A stretch of 63,024 bases of DNA, filler included, from Choristocarpus tenellus KU-1152 (GCA_964200185.2; 10 parts of 10 records of this genome joined end to end with filler, not necessarily neighbours in it), one strand, 5' to 3'; positions 24,631 through 38,020 are shown, counted from the first letter of the whole stretch. Notes: generated by a model from the sequence alone, not told the origin. Numbers and translations are program-made.

Positions 24631-25070
24631 GGGAGAAAGGATGTTTAGAGGGTACGAGTTTTGCCCTGTTTGTCCAATTGGGACTTGGCTTCCCACGGGT
24701 TCCTTATGATATTTTATGTGCTCTGAAATGTTCCAGAGCAGGTAAAATGTATACGTTTTGAAAAGGATTGTTTGGAACGAGGGTATCGACACTTCCTAAC
24801 AAACACAATACCTAGATTTACGCATCAACATCGCAACATTGGATTTTGGCCCTCAAACGGTCGGGGCTTCCCACGGGTTCCTAATTATATTTTATGTGCT
24901 CTGAACTGTTCCGGAGCAGGTAAAATGTATACATTTTGAAAAGGTTTGTTTGGAACAAGGGTATTGTCACTTCCTAACAAATACAATACCTAGAATTACG
25001 CATCAACATCGCAACATTGGATTTTGGCCCTCAAACGGTTGGGGCTTTACCCTCTAAGATACTTTCACTC
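24631..25070 (+). mobile_element. MITE family A variant with an internal 178-bp tandem duplication
   Basis: Degenerate left TIR, intact right TIR (TACCCTCTAAGATACTTTCACTC). Repeated units at 24687-24864 and 24865-25042. Confidence 0.85.
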
Positions 25071-25481
25071 TCACCAAGTATAGACCTTAGAGCTGTAGAT
25101 AGGCAATGTTGCTGTTCTTTTGTCATTTTTTTTTGTCATTTTTTTTTCTCCACAAGCAACTGTTGCAACCATGAACAGTACAGAAGCTTCCTCATGTTCT
25201 GTCCTATACCTCTGCACTGACCTCAAAAACAGTTCCAACCACTGACCCAAAGTATCTGGGAGGAGGGGGGGGTCTACACCAAGGTGTCCATTAGGACNNN
25301 NNNNNNNNNNNNNNNNNNNNNNNNNNNNNNNNNNNNNNNNNTTAATTAATTAANNNNNNNNNNNNNNNNNNNNNNNNNNNNNNNNNNNNNNNNNNNNCCC
25401 CCAAGATACTTTGACCCAGCGCAGGAATACTTGTATTTGTGGCAAATCACAAAGAGACAGCCAACTGTTACAACATGACAG

Positions 25482-28400
25482 GTCGGTAGAGGTGGTATCT
25501 GGAGCAGACCCAATGAAGAACCCTCAGTCCCTGGTGGAGCAGCTGAGTGGCTTTGATTTCGCAGGAGCAAAAGGTGATGGCCAGGGAGGTCTGGAAGCAT
25601 TGGCCGAACTGGGAGCAAGTCTTGTCAAGGTACGCTGGTTGAAGATGGATGCAGAGGGTTTGTAGTGAGATGCCTGTTGCACATTTTGATGCCTAAATTG
25701 TATTGTTTCCCTCTGGAATATAGTATACCTGGTGTTGTCCAAATACACACTAATGGGGGTGGTGATGGTGAACACCTTCAGGGATGGAGAGGCTGGCGGA
25801 GCTTTCCTGTATGATCTGACCGTCGTGGGCCTTTCTGTTTCATGGTTATACTTTTCTGTGCCTCACCACACTACTTCTACTTTTTGTTATTGATGGTGGA
25901 GATAGATCTGCTGTTTCAGTACTGGCCTGTAGTGCACAGAGTGACTGATCTTTGTGTCCTTGGTATATTCTGTTGCAGGAGACATTGTGAGCACTATTTG
26001 GTCAGTGTCGCTTGAGTAGGATGGAATTAGAGGAACATCGTTGACAAGACTTCAACATGCTGCCTGCGGAACGACCGCTTCACCCTATCCAGATCTTATG
26101 CCTCAAAGATAATACTTCCAGCACATGTTTTATATCTATCACCGAGTCCTTCCTATTCACAGTGCTGGTTGTGCATGGTGGTGTTTTGAGGCACGGCAAT
26201 ATAACTGTGGCCTTCTCAAGGCCTTTGTGAAGAGGTCCTTGTCTGAGTTTGCTGTTTGTGCATGGAGGGGCTTGATCTTGTCTTCCTCTCTAACCGTTGC
26301 ACCTAGCGATAACACCTATTGTTGGTACATTCCTTTCGTCATCTCTCCCCTCAATGTGCCATCCTGATAACTGGGCAATCATGTTCCAACGATTATCACA
26401 CGCTGCAGTTCACAGCACCTCGCTCGGTAAGAACCTGCATCTGCTGAGGACGCATTACATGCCTGCCTTGCCAGGTTCAAAAGACAGTACAAATACTCAG
26501 GCCACCATTACCCTTACTCTAACCGTAACCCTAATCCATTTCTCTCTTCGAAGGTCTCGGCCTGCGTCAACAAGGTGGAGGTGACCAGTGGAGATGCACA
26601 CATTATCAGTATCCGCAACACAAAGAAGCACATATTTGACTTCAGTCTCAAGATAGACTTTGAACTCGCAATTGATGAGTCGATGGGGCTACCTCCCGAC
26701 GTAAGTTGAAGCTGTGTGTGTACGTTGGAGTTTGTTGAGGGGAATGATCAGGCGTTGAACTGGAGGTATCTAAGGGCAGGTCATTTTGGGGCGAGGGAAA
26801 GATTGGGAGTTTTTTGCCCCAATAAAACAGGAACTATGAAATGGTGCGATTTTAAATGTTTTGGAATAATATGTTCCACAACAGTTGAAACGGCAATGAG
26901 AAAGTTTTCACCATCAAGGATGGGTTTAACTTGAACCCAGAGCGCAACCCTTTCTTGCCACCTGTTGAAGTGGTTCATTGTTTTATCCCATTAGGTATGT
27001 GTAGAGTTAAACCCATAGTACTTCAATTTTGTTTTTTGGACAGATGTTATGGTATTGCTGCCTTAGTTTGTGCTCTGGAGTACTTTGTGTCATTCTCCTG
27101 GCCGTTGCAATGCTTGATTCTCCGTCTACCAACTTCTTAATTAGTTGGGTTTCTTTTAAACTCTGGTAACCTGTTGGTACTGATTATGCCTTTCTGGTCC
27201 TGTATGACCCCTTCCTCTGAACAGCAGGGGTTGGAAATGGAGCAGGGAGGGGGGGCCAAGGGTGAAGGCAAGGTGAAGAAGTACAAGGGTACCCTGATCC
27301 TCTTCGATATCACCCACGCAGATTTAGACAACAGAAAGTTCGAGACAGAGGTATGGAAGGGGGAAGAGGGTTTTGAGAATGAATGAAGAGAGTTCAGTAG
27401 GGATCAGCCTCTTGTACTTGATGTGTGTATTTTCATATATGTATGATGAGTCAAAGTATCTTAGAGGGTAAAGCCGTGTCCATTTGGAGGCCAAATCCAA
27501 TGTTACGATTTTTGTGTAATTTTGGCTATCGTGTTTGTTAGGAAGTGTCATTATACTTGTTCCCGACACACCATTTCATAACAAAAATATTTGACCTACT
27601 CCTAAATATTTTGGAGTAGGAAAATGTCATTAAAAAAATCCATGGGAAGTCAAGCCCCAAATGGACAAACAGGGCAAAACTCTCACCCTCTAAGATACTT
27701 TCACTCTGATGAAACCTGAGACCTTGTACTCATATGGAGTACAATACAACAAACCCCATGTTGGAGGGGAGGTCAAGTGGATGCTTGTTTCTCATGTCTC
27801 TCAAAATTCTACCAAGGCGTGTGATTTGTGGTTTGATGAGTAATGAGAGTATTGCTGTAAGGATTGCCGATCTTGCCAAGGAGAAATTACAGAGCAAATG
27901 ATGTGTCATGCGTTCCCTTTCCCTCGAGGTTGCATTTTTTGCTTTTTAGGAAGAAACTGGATATTTCCGATGTAGTGTAATGTGTTAAATCTATAGACCT
28001 TTTATCCAGGCGTGGCGATGATATTCAGGCGAACTGAAGTAATTTCTACCTTTTTTATCTCTGTTGGTATTCGAATCAGAATAACCTGGAAAGTAGTTTG
28101 GTTCAGTTGAGATGGTTTGTAGGAGCTTTATTAAAGCACTCTGTACCATTGTAATGTTTCCCTGTGGTGTTCCGATGGACACTGCTGCTTGATGTTTGTT
28201 TTCTGATATATCTTCTGTAGTTCATGAAAGCCCCCAAATTGTTGCAGTGATGGGCATGTTTGGTGCATAGTGCGGCTACTGTAAAAAGATACTATCCAAA
28301 AGAAAACGGTTACATTGTTTTTGTTCTATTGGGTTGGATATCAGTTCAATGCGAGTCAGGTACAAGAAAAAACTTGTCAGATTTGCACGTGGGCCGTGAG

Positions 28401-29004
28401 TTGTGGATATTGATGCAATTATTAACTTTGTGAAACTCCAAAGTGGCAAAGAATGGTGGATGTTTAGTTCAGTAGTATCATACCTTAGGGACTGGGAAGG
28501 GTAAAGGATGCGTGTCTTTCCCTTTATGTCTCCTCAATAGGGTGTTGCCAGGTGAAGGAGACTGCAGTGTGCCCTATTTGTCATAGTGGCAAGATCTTGA
28601 AATATGAAAATAAAGCCACGAGATAGGATACAGATTTTTTTGTACTTCAACATGTTGTATTTACTCATGCACAAGTGGCCAAGGGCATCTTCCTTGAGAA
28701 GCAGGATCCGAGATATAACAATATCTTACAAACAGCATGCTCTACCCATCTCCCAATAATTTCCCCTGTTATGACTAGGATTGATTAACCTACTTCTTCC
28801 ATTCTTACCGACCTGTGACTCCCCACTCTCCCTCAACCGTGGATTGTACCCTTGTGCACTTCATGTGACCAGCCGGAGCTGAAGATGGACAAAAAGAAGT
28901 GGGATGTCCGTTACTCCAAGCGTGCCAATGACTGCATCTCTGACCTGAAGGAGGCAATCCTGGAGGGTGTTGGTTCATTCTTCACAGAGTATCAACAGTC
29001 CTGA
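25482..29004 (+). CDS. Aha1 N-terminal-domain (Hsp90 co-chaperone-like) protein, 3' four exons
   Basis: Exons 25482-25629, 26554-26700, 27228(or 27225, NAGNAG)-27350, 28873-29004 (TGA). Motif VEVTSGDAHIISIRNTKKHIFDFSLKIDF...KYKGTLILFDI...LKEAILEGVGSFFTEY is typical of Aha1_N. Confidence 0.8.
27448..27706 (-). mobile_element. MITE family A copy inside an Aha1-like intron
   Basis: GAGTCAAAGTATCTTAGAGGGTA...CACCCTCTAAGATACTTTCACTC with a perfect 4-bp TSD TGAT. Confidence 0.92.
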
Positions 29005-31015
29005 GTAAACTCTCAGGTCTTATCGGACTAGGCAGTTGCATGGGTAGAGTGCTACATAGTATTAGGAGGGTCTTGTGTCACTGTGTAGTGCCGTAAATTT
29101 TGGGGGTGGTGAAAATGGCCAGTGCCATAAATTGGCTGTCACTGCGTCTCCATTTCTACTGTTCCCCCCTCTCCATCTTGTTACCCCATTTTTGGTCTTG
29201 TGGTAGCACAAACTGTCTGTGAGCTGACACAGTCATACCTAGTGTACATCGATCTTGTCAAGAGGTGATTGGTTTGATGGTTAACTCTAACTGTGGTTCA
29301 AGAATTGGCATTGCAGGCGGAAGAGTAGGCTACGGGGCTGTGTGATGCCACGGGCTTGCCTTGCTTACTTATGATCCATGTTTTGTTTCATACAGAAAGG
29401 TGTTTTGAAAAAGAGAAAGAGAAGTTATTGACTCTGTTGTTGAAGTTTGGGGGGACACTGAGTGCACAGTCTGCCCGTTTCCTCCTTCAAACAGACAGAA
29501 GAGCTTCAAAACGAGAAATGAAGAGAGTGAGAAAACAAAAGGAAATTGAATATCAGGTGTCAATTTTGATGAGACACGTATCACTTAAATTCATCAAGGT
29601 TGTGCCTTGGTGAATTGATGTACGTCAAAAGCGACTCGACTCATTGTTCACTGCTTTGAGCTAGATGAAGAAAGAGAGTGTAACCAATGGCTTAACAGAT
29701 GTCTATCCCCCCAACAAGGAAAGGGATAATGTACAAGGCCTCGATGTCTGGAGTCTAAGGGGTAGACACACTTTTTGTTCCGATTTTTTGTAGGTTCTGT
29801 ACAGTCTAGCGTAGGTGAGGGTTACGATAAGTAAACAAACGAGATGCGGTCAAAGATATATCTTTGCTGCCATGAGTCTGGATTATAAAGTGTGTAGACA
29901 TGTTGGGCAAGAGCACTTCGGAATTGCTTTGGGCATATTTGCTTGTGAATGATACTGGTGTCCTTACAATGATGGAACAGCCGGCACAGGTCAGTATGAA
30001 CGAGTAAATCACAGGAGGGTTCACGAATACATGCTATTCAGCGTTTTCTTCTTTCTTCAAAACAAAACATTGGGGGTGTTCTCCCCAGCATGTAGCGTAC
30101 ACACACCACGATCTAGGATGGTCTTGTTGGCAAATAGATATGTGGTAAAACCCTTGGTGAGGTAGCCACACAGCTTGAAGGTGGTAGAGCTCTAGTTGGG
30201 AAGTATCGACCTACTCAGCAGGAACCTAATAATGAGGAACTATGGTGTTGCACAGTACGTACAAACACTAGCTTCACACATTCATTGTGTTTTGCTCATG
30301 GTGTGAAATGTCCTGTCAAGTGCTCAGATTGTAGCATCGCACATGCCAGTCTGACACACACACAATAAAGTAGCTCCACAATGTATCATAACTTTGCTAT
30401 GCCCACATGGATAGTACGTACTGATGGTTGTTATGAAATGAGCTAGCTGTAGGTTCTTGAGATACTATCCTCAGGATGAAGTTGTCAGTACGTTGAAAGC
30501 CATTTGTATATTGACCGCCTCGCAACCCCCATCCTCAGGAATTTCCCATGCACACCTGCACCAATCACCAATTCAAAGTTCTGGCAAGAAAGCTCTTCGT
30601 TCAGTTCTTACCTAGAGAAATGCCATCTACTGCATATCGTTGCCTTTACTTATTATTTACTATACTACCATTATCTCACTTCATTGTGGGACTAGGAATC
30701 ACTACCTCGACCCCACCTAGCCCCAACCAGTGGTCAGAGACACTACACGTGATATTCTCCTCATTACGATCGTTGTTACGAACTCCTTCAGAGTACAAAC
30801 TCGACTATTAATATGGCACTGTGACTAGTTGCACTCCTCTGTATGGACATTATTCAACACATGTAGAGGTCATGTACAATTGTAGTGAATCTGATCCTGG
30901 CTGCTGAAAGTTATCCTCTTTTCAGCTCTTCCCAACCCCCATGTCCATTGCCAACATTTCTGGCTATTGCTACTCAGCTCACTCTCCCTCCTTTTCCTTG
31001 TTGAACTGCGTTACT

Positions 31016-34000
31016 TCACTCCGAATTAAGTCCAGCCTCTTCCATAACAGGCCTCCTGCCCTGTCCCTCATCCTCCTCAAAGATCAGTCTGCCCTCGAGG
31101 TACTGAATGTATTGTCGCGGCCACGTCTCCCGCACCTCAGATGCCGGCAAAAAACCAAGCTCCAAAGAGGGGCGTTCCCAACCCGGAATTGTGACCTCCC
31201 TGCAACCAAAAGACGATCAGGATAACAACTAAGAGACAATTCATTATTTCATAAAATGAACAAGGAAACAACGCCAAGAGAGATATAGCCTTCATGCATC
31301 TAAGCACTTCATTGAATAGAGTATCCTTGGAAGGGATTTCATGGGACAGCACAGTGAGATAGCACATATTTCAACGTGGTGCACAATCGTCATTGAGTTC
31401 CTGTATTTGCAATACTCCAGATCGATTTTTATGAACAAGTGACACTTAACCCTCATTGTAGAGAAATTCACGCACTTTGCATTACAGCGATTCCAAGGAC
31501 TAGAGTTTGGGTTCACTTGTACTTACTACTCAGTACCTAACACTTCCAGCCATACCGTAATCTTTGTTAAAAGTCGGGAAAAAACTGGGCATCAGATTGG
31601 GACACCATTCAAACACCTCTCTTACATTCCCTCGATTGTTACATGTGGTATTGGATAAAAAGATGGCTTCTACCAACAATTATATTTCTACTATTATTGT
31701 TATATGTCCTTGAATGTAACCACCTTAATCAATCCATGTTCGATATCACACAAACTATCAACCCTTTGTTCTCATGCCAGGAGGCAGTCGTTTTCGACCT
31801 TGACATCAGAATCATTTAAGGAGGTGTTAGAACTGTTTAGGCGGTGTAGCCCATTGCCAAATCTATCCACACTTAGTGTTGCCGCCTATTAGCTCTCTTC
31901 TCTTTAATCCTTGAGCCAGCTGTTCTTCTGTGTTATTGTCCTGCAATTTCACCCTGTTTATTCTTCACCCCCTGTCGAATAGTAACATACCCAAGATCCA
32001 TCACCCACCACTCCACGAGAGCGACCACCACCCCCCTCAGTCGAGTTAACCCTTGCACTCCTAGGAGAACTTTCTTGGGGTACAGTGGTTCTGTATTATT
32101 CTCAGTCTTGTGCGTAGTCTCATCTTTTACAGAAGTTGTGTCATGCTTGGGGTCTTGCCTTAACACCTAGAGTGCAAGGGATGTACGCGCCTCTAGTTTA
32201 ATGCATGTAACATTTGTAGAAACTAGGGACAAGGGCAAAAGAGACCGTAGTAGGGTGCATGTGGGAGTGAGAAAAGACGATTCTTCCACTGCAATAGTGA
32301 GATGTGGATACGCAATAGAACTGCTGGAGGGCAGAAGGTTTTCCGTAACCAAATGAGATTCCCAGCTCAGAGCTAATAGGCTACCAAAATGGATTAAACC
32401 TGAGAAGAAGTGTAGCCCAAGTTGGAATTTTGGGTATGTGTTGATCTTGCTCGATTCAGACGTTCAGCATAACATTTGGATTGCTTTGCTACGATAACTT
32501 TGAATTACTCAGATTGGCAATGAATTTGCTTTTGAAAAATTTGAATGATAATGAAGTAGGGGAGATACCCCACGCCCTCAGGATGCTATAGGACAAACCA
32601 TGGCATAAACTAGAAATATCTAGTACACTACAGCTTTCCATACTCAATATTGACAATGATTTAACAATTCAAAATCCATCGCCTGAAGGCGAGCCCTGAT
32701 ATAAAAAATCGTTCACGCAGAAGGAATGGACGGAAGTTGTCACGCGATAAAGTGAAGCACCCACAAATCGGTACCTACAGTACCAACTTTGGCATTAGCA
32801 TCTTCCCTTAGCTTGAGAGCCAAAGTATCTTAGAGGGTAGAGCCGCGTCCATTTGGGGGCCAAAATCCAATGTTGCGATTTTGATGTAATTTTAACTATC
32901 GTGCTTGTTAACAAGTGTCAATATCCATGTTCCAGACACCTTTTCATAACATATACACTTTACCTGGTCCTACACACATTTGAGTACGAAAAATGTCATA
33001 AAAGAACCCATGGGAAGCCAAGCCCCAAATGGACAAACAGGGCAAAACTCGTACCCTCTAAGATACTTTCACTCTTGAACTCTGATCTAAAACAATAAAT
33101 TCGTTGTGTTGAAGTATCGTCATTATAGAAGTAGACGAGACAAGCATAGGTGTATATTTATATATTGGAAAAGAAAAGTTATCAAGTTCGTGGGGCATTC
33201 GTTCATTCACTTGCTGTGTTTAAATATAATCCACTCTAGAGCTCTAGTGCCTTCCCTCAGGTACTACAGATATTCTGCCCTACACTTGTACTTTCCAATA
33301 CACCCACGGCACACTTGGACACATTAACGGTGTAACTATTACCCTCACCTGGTCGCCTGTGCTATCTCTGCCTGCTGGCGTAATCTTTCTCCCCTTCACG
33401 CCCTCCTCCACCCTGTTCCTCTCATTTTGGACACCTCTGTTTATACTGTCGTCTACTCCTACTTCTACTCTGTCGATTGCTTCTTCCTCCTCTTGCAGCG
33501 CACACCTCCTCCTTTTTGTCTTAGTCTGGCACTTGACTCTCTCAAAGTGAAATTGGCGACTGCTGGAGGTTGTGTGGTATCTTTTCGACGGAAGGATAAC
33601 CGAATTTATTCCTGCCTGAGCCTCAACAGGTGTATCACAGATCATCTCTGCTTGGCAGGATGATACCGTATCCTGAGTGATCAAAGGTTCCCTGCAATAG
33701 CCTTGCTGATGATGCCCTTGCGCAGCCTTGATAGACCTCGGAATGTCAGCAAAGGTCACACGAGCACCCTGATAGTACAGATGGCACCAACACGAAAATA
33801 GGCAAACAAAGGACTTCCCACACTGAGCAAAAGTAAACGAGAGGTACCCAGATTTTGACCGTTTTGCATTGATTTCTACAGAATTTAGAGAATTCCCTCC
33901 AAAAATTTGTACAAAATGTGGAAATTCACGCATAGTTGTCAGCATTTTTAAAATTGCAACCTTGAGTACCTCTCGCTTACTTTGACTCATTATTTATTAT

Positions 34001-36936
34001 ATTTCATAGAGAAGTAAAGAACAACGCCAACTCAGTTATATCACACTAGTAGTACCTACTTGAAGTGACGATATATTGATATTGTACATTTAAGTAGTTA
34101 CCAACACTATGGAAATGGGATATCCTCCATTCCATCCATAGTACTGTATTCGGAGTGATATATCATTTGATGGTTGTAATATAGGATGATAGGTAAGAGG
34201 CAAGGCATTGACGTCATTGTGCTTCGTTTCTTCTTTCTCAGCAAAATTGGAGTAAATACCCCAAGTGAATATAAAATGCGAGTGCAACAATTCGTGTGGC
34301 GATAATGAGTGGATACATTAGTTCCTGTGGACAAGTAGCCCCAACGATCGTCCAGACTTGATTGGCGGATTCTATCAAAGGGCCTGAAGAGCGCACACAG
34401 CAAGGGCATGGGTACGTCTCAACATTTCGTAAGTTCTCAGAATCTCTATGCACGTTTTTAATTATGTACAAGGACAGCAATGAAAAATATCACCTACCTT
34501 TATTGTCCTAGATGCGGGTTCGCAGCTGAAAAAAGATGGTATGGTGTGGAATCTCAAGGTAACTGCACGAAAAAAGCATAGGTCACAGCATGTATGTATG
34601 AAACTATTGCTCCTTGTGCCCGACAACATATGGCAAAGTTGCAGAGAGAATCTTCCTAGCATGAAAATTTGCTGCGATGCAGCGTCTAGAGAAAGTATCA
34701 AGGCGAGCATTTTCCATTGGCATAGTGAGCAGATTTACTACTTCACTCCCCCAGCAGAAGTCTAGAGTACGAGATAAGCAGACAAGTCAAGACGGAGAAA
34801 TGCCTAAAAATAGCAACTGGAATAATATGAAATACGAAGCAAATAAGCCCACCTTCGAAGACCGGGGTATATTAGAAAAGAACAAATGCTGCTCACCTAC
34901 AAAAAAAGTAGAGTCTGTACTACGTACCTGGTCCTTGGGAATCCTCCCTCTTGGCGTCCCTGTGAACATACCACCTTCAACTTGTGGGGTGTTTCCACAA
35001 GAGACACCGACCATCATCACAGGAGCCTTTGCCGTAGCATCAATAACAGCAGGTGGATCATGGATTATTGTAGACGTTGCTGGTTGGGGAGGGTGTGTTC
35101 TGGATAAATCCATCATCTGTCCAATGTGGCCAAATGATTGCCACAGCTGTTGCTCATGGTCTACTTTGTGCTGACCATTTAGCGATGGGACTTCAGCTAC
35201 ATGTGGTGCACAGTCCAGATCTCTGTTTTGAGGAACAACAGAAAGACTACATAAAGGGCAATTCTGAAACGAGGTATATATAGTACTTATCAGCTTGCGA
35301 TTTTGCCAAGTGTTGAGTAATATGGAGTTAAGTTTGGTTCGGGATGATTGGTTGGATTTGATCTAGATACATTACACACATACCTGTGTCCTTTATATGG
35401 TAGTTGGGCAACAGTAAATGTTGCGCAAAATGGATCAAGCGCAAGGTAAGGTCTGAGGTTGGAGGGTTAACACATTATTTCGGAGTATTATTCTATTCGC
35501 ATTAGTCTAAGGGGTCTCATACTCTTGGCCAAAAGTAGCCAGGGGAGAAGTAACAACAACATAGTGTTCGTGTTTGGGAAAAGAGTGAAAGCTCCACATT
35601 CAAGAAACCCCAGGGAGGACTTTGAGACCTTACCAGATGTTCTACCGCCATATATCCATGTAACCCTACACACATTTAGGTGTGTTTGTTGACGGTTAAT
35701 TTTTGTTTGGGACTTTGTGACAAGAGCAGGTCATTTGCTACTTGTATTAACCTCATCGGGGTGTACGGACACAAGACATGATATGACATATGTGCACTAT
35801 ATTATTATCCTTTTCCATACAGACATTGGGGCTGTGCTCTTGAACAACTCCAAGTCATAGAAAGATTGTACAATGCCGTGGTCAGCACGGATGAACCACT
35901 GCCCACTTATTTCTCACATTGTTGGTATGTACCCACTTTTGCTCACCGTCTGGCTGGCACTGTCAGGCCCTGCATGAGTTCAAACAGTGATGCTGCTCTT
36001 TTAGTGTGCACATTGCTAACACTGTGCACTTTGTGTGTGGTGCCCATTCCCTCAAGGTGTCCGGTGGCATGATTATTTCTGCTACGCCAGCTCTTCTGCC
36101 CCTTCTTGCGATTGCTGCCGACTACCATTACAGGATGAAACTTGATGAAGAGAGAAAAACCAGAAGTTGACGAGGAAACCACAATAGGTTGGGCGAAAGA
36201 AACTACATGAGTGGAATGCACTTCCAGTAAGTTTTGCTTCAATCAGGGAGCTTGCACAAGTAGAAATATGATGGCAAAATTTGACAATGTGATGGGCAAA
36301 GGCCGACCATATTGTCTACGATATGCATGCCCTATGATACTTCTTCTGCGCCAGCATTTCCAAACGGTACTAGAAGTTGTAAAGTATCGCAAACACTGCA
36401 TCTTTTCCCAAGAGCCTTCCTTATAGTCTCACCGGTGTGTCCTCCATGAAATCAAAACCCATGATCACCAAAATGTTACCCCTGGGCAAGAAAGATGAGT
36501 AAGAAGCGATCATACGGCAGGAGTAATATATTTTTGTCAGCAGGATACAACCCCACAAAATCTTTACCGAGTTATCAGGATCGGCATCGCTGGTGACGTA
36601 GTAAGAAATATCTTCAATCACTTTGGAGTCGTTGGCTATCATAACGAGCGCAAATCAGACATCATGAGATTGCCATGTTATCCAATAGCACCTTTTCCGT
36701 ACGGTCTCTTCAGACGGATATAACATCTTCCTGAAAGGAAAGTATAAATAAATATTTCCTACCTTTCCGTGTGCAATGCAGACGGTGGGACTGGACTGAA
36801 AGACTGTATGTTCCTGATGGGGTGACTCCCATACAAAGTAGAAGAGTCGACAGTACTACAGGAATTGCTTACTTGGACATGAGCGGTACGGATATCTCCG
36901 CGAAGACTTTGAATTCGACACAGGCATATTCTTCAT
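31016..36936 (-). CDS. HP1-like protein with a C-terminal chromo shadow domain (5' exon structure uncertain)
   Basis: Phase-consistent GT-AG exons 36140(or 36121)-35947, 35222-34928, 33768-33349, 32166-32009, 31199-31016 (TGA), with candidate upstream mini-exons 36936-36873, 36730-36692, 36481-36433. The spliced C-terminus GVVVALVEWEVTIPGWERPSLELGFLPASEVRETWPRQYIQYLEGRLIF matches the CSD pattern (FL.KW...LVPA.E....PQ.VI.FYE.RL.W). Confidence 0.72.
32817..33074 (-). mobile_element. MITE family A copy inside an intron of the HP1-like gene
   Basis: GAGCCAAAGTATCTTAGAGGGTA...TACCCTCTAAGATACTTTCACTC, 258 bp, perfect 4-bp TSD TTGA. Confidence 0.93.
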
Positions 36937-37872
36937 CTTCAAAAAAGGGAGTCAGTAATGATTACTCTTGTCGATACGCCCTGGGAGATTTCTGACCCTA
37001 TCGATATTACAACGACTAGGTTGTCCTTCCATAGTGTTTTCGCTCCTCGATCATGCTTACTTCTACCGCCCGACACATCTCGTCACCGTGCGCCTCCAAA
37101 TAATGGATTGCATTGGAACACCCTGCAAGTAATACCATACCTAATATCTTCTTTCACCCGTTGCCCTTCATGTTATGGTCACTGATCAGTATGGAGAAGG
37201 TAGTGTAGGGTGTGGGGTGACAAATATTTCTGTACATTCTCCATCGTGAACCCGATATATTTTTTTTTGTCGAAAAAACAGAATGTTGGAATCAAACCAA
37301 AACCTTGAACTGTCCTTCTATTCATAGCCGATCCAAAGGGGGCGGGGCCGTCATGACTCGACGCCCACCCTTGCGCTGCTCACCCTGGTAGTGNNNNNNN
37401 NNNNNNNNNNNNNNNNNNNNNNNNNNNNNNNNNNNNNTTAATTAATTAANNNNNNNNNNNNNNNNNNNNNNNNNNNNNNNNNNNNNNNNNNNNAAAAAAA
37501 ACATATATGTCATTGTTATATGGAGGTTAGTGGGGGGGGGGGGGGGGCGGGGGGTTGAGCATCCATTTGGAGGTAAGTACATTCCTAGTAGTATCCAAAT
37601 ATCCTATCAATAATATTTTTTCAATCAAAAAGGTTCGGCTCTTGAAAAAAAAACTAAAAATGCTAAAAAAAAAACCCCAAAAAAACAAACCCGCTGCACG
37701 TCAAGGTCCAAAACACCTACTTAAAAAAAAAAATGGTGCAAGAGATGTACTCCCAGCGACGCCACAGAACTCTCTCTCCACAATGCCACAAGAACAGACA
37801 CAAAAATGCATGCAGGCACCCCACCCACCCAACCACCCAACCACCCAACCACCCAACCAAACCAACACACAC

Positions 37873-38020
37873 CTGCAAGGAAGAAGATGGTGGTATTGGC
37901 AAAGTACTCCAACAGTCGCCAGAAGTCTGCTAGAGAGGTTTGGACAGAGGCAGACACACGCGGACGCCCATAGTAAGACATCACCACTCCCAGCAGCACC
38001 AGGCCCAGCACACCAGAAAC
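37873..38020 (-). CDS. Internal exon of a CPA1 Na+/H+ antiporter (SOS1/NHX7/SLC9C-like)
   Basis: cccag|VSGVLGLVLLGVVMSYYGRPRVSASVQTSLADFWRLLEYFANTTIFFLAG|gt carries the VSGVL...FW..LEY.ANT.IF..G signature. Confidence 0.88.

Noticed and set aside
36433-37140. OB-fold (RPA70N/TPP1-like) fused to the chromo shadow domain
   Set aside because: Only a loose by-eye resemblance (SNAIHYLEA...RGNILVI) in one of two possible splice readings. Not supportable without a profile search.
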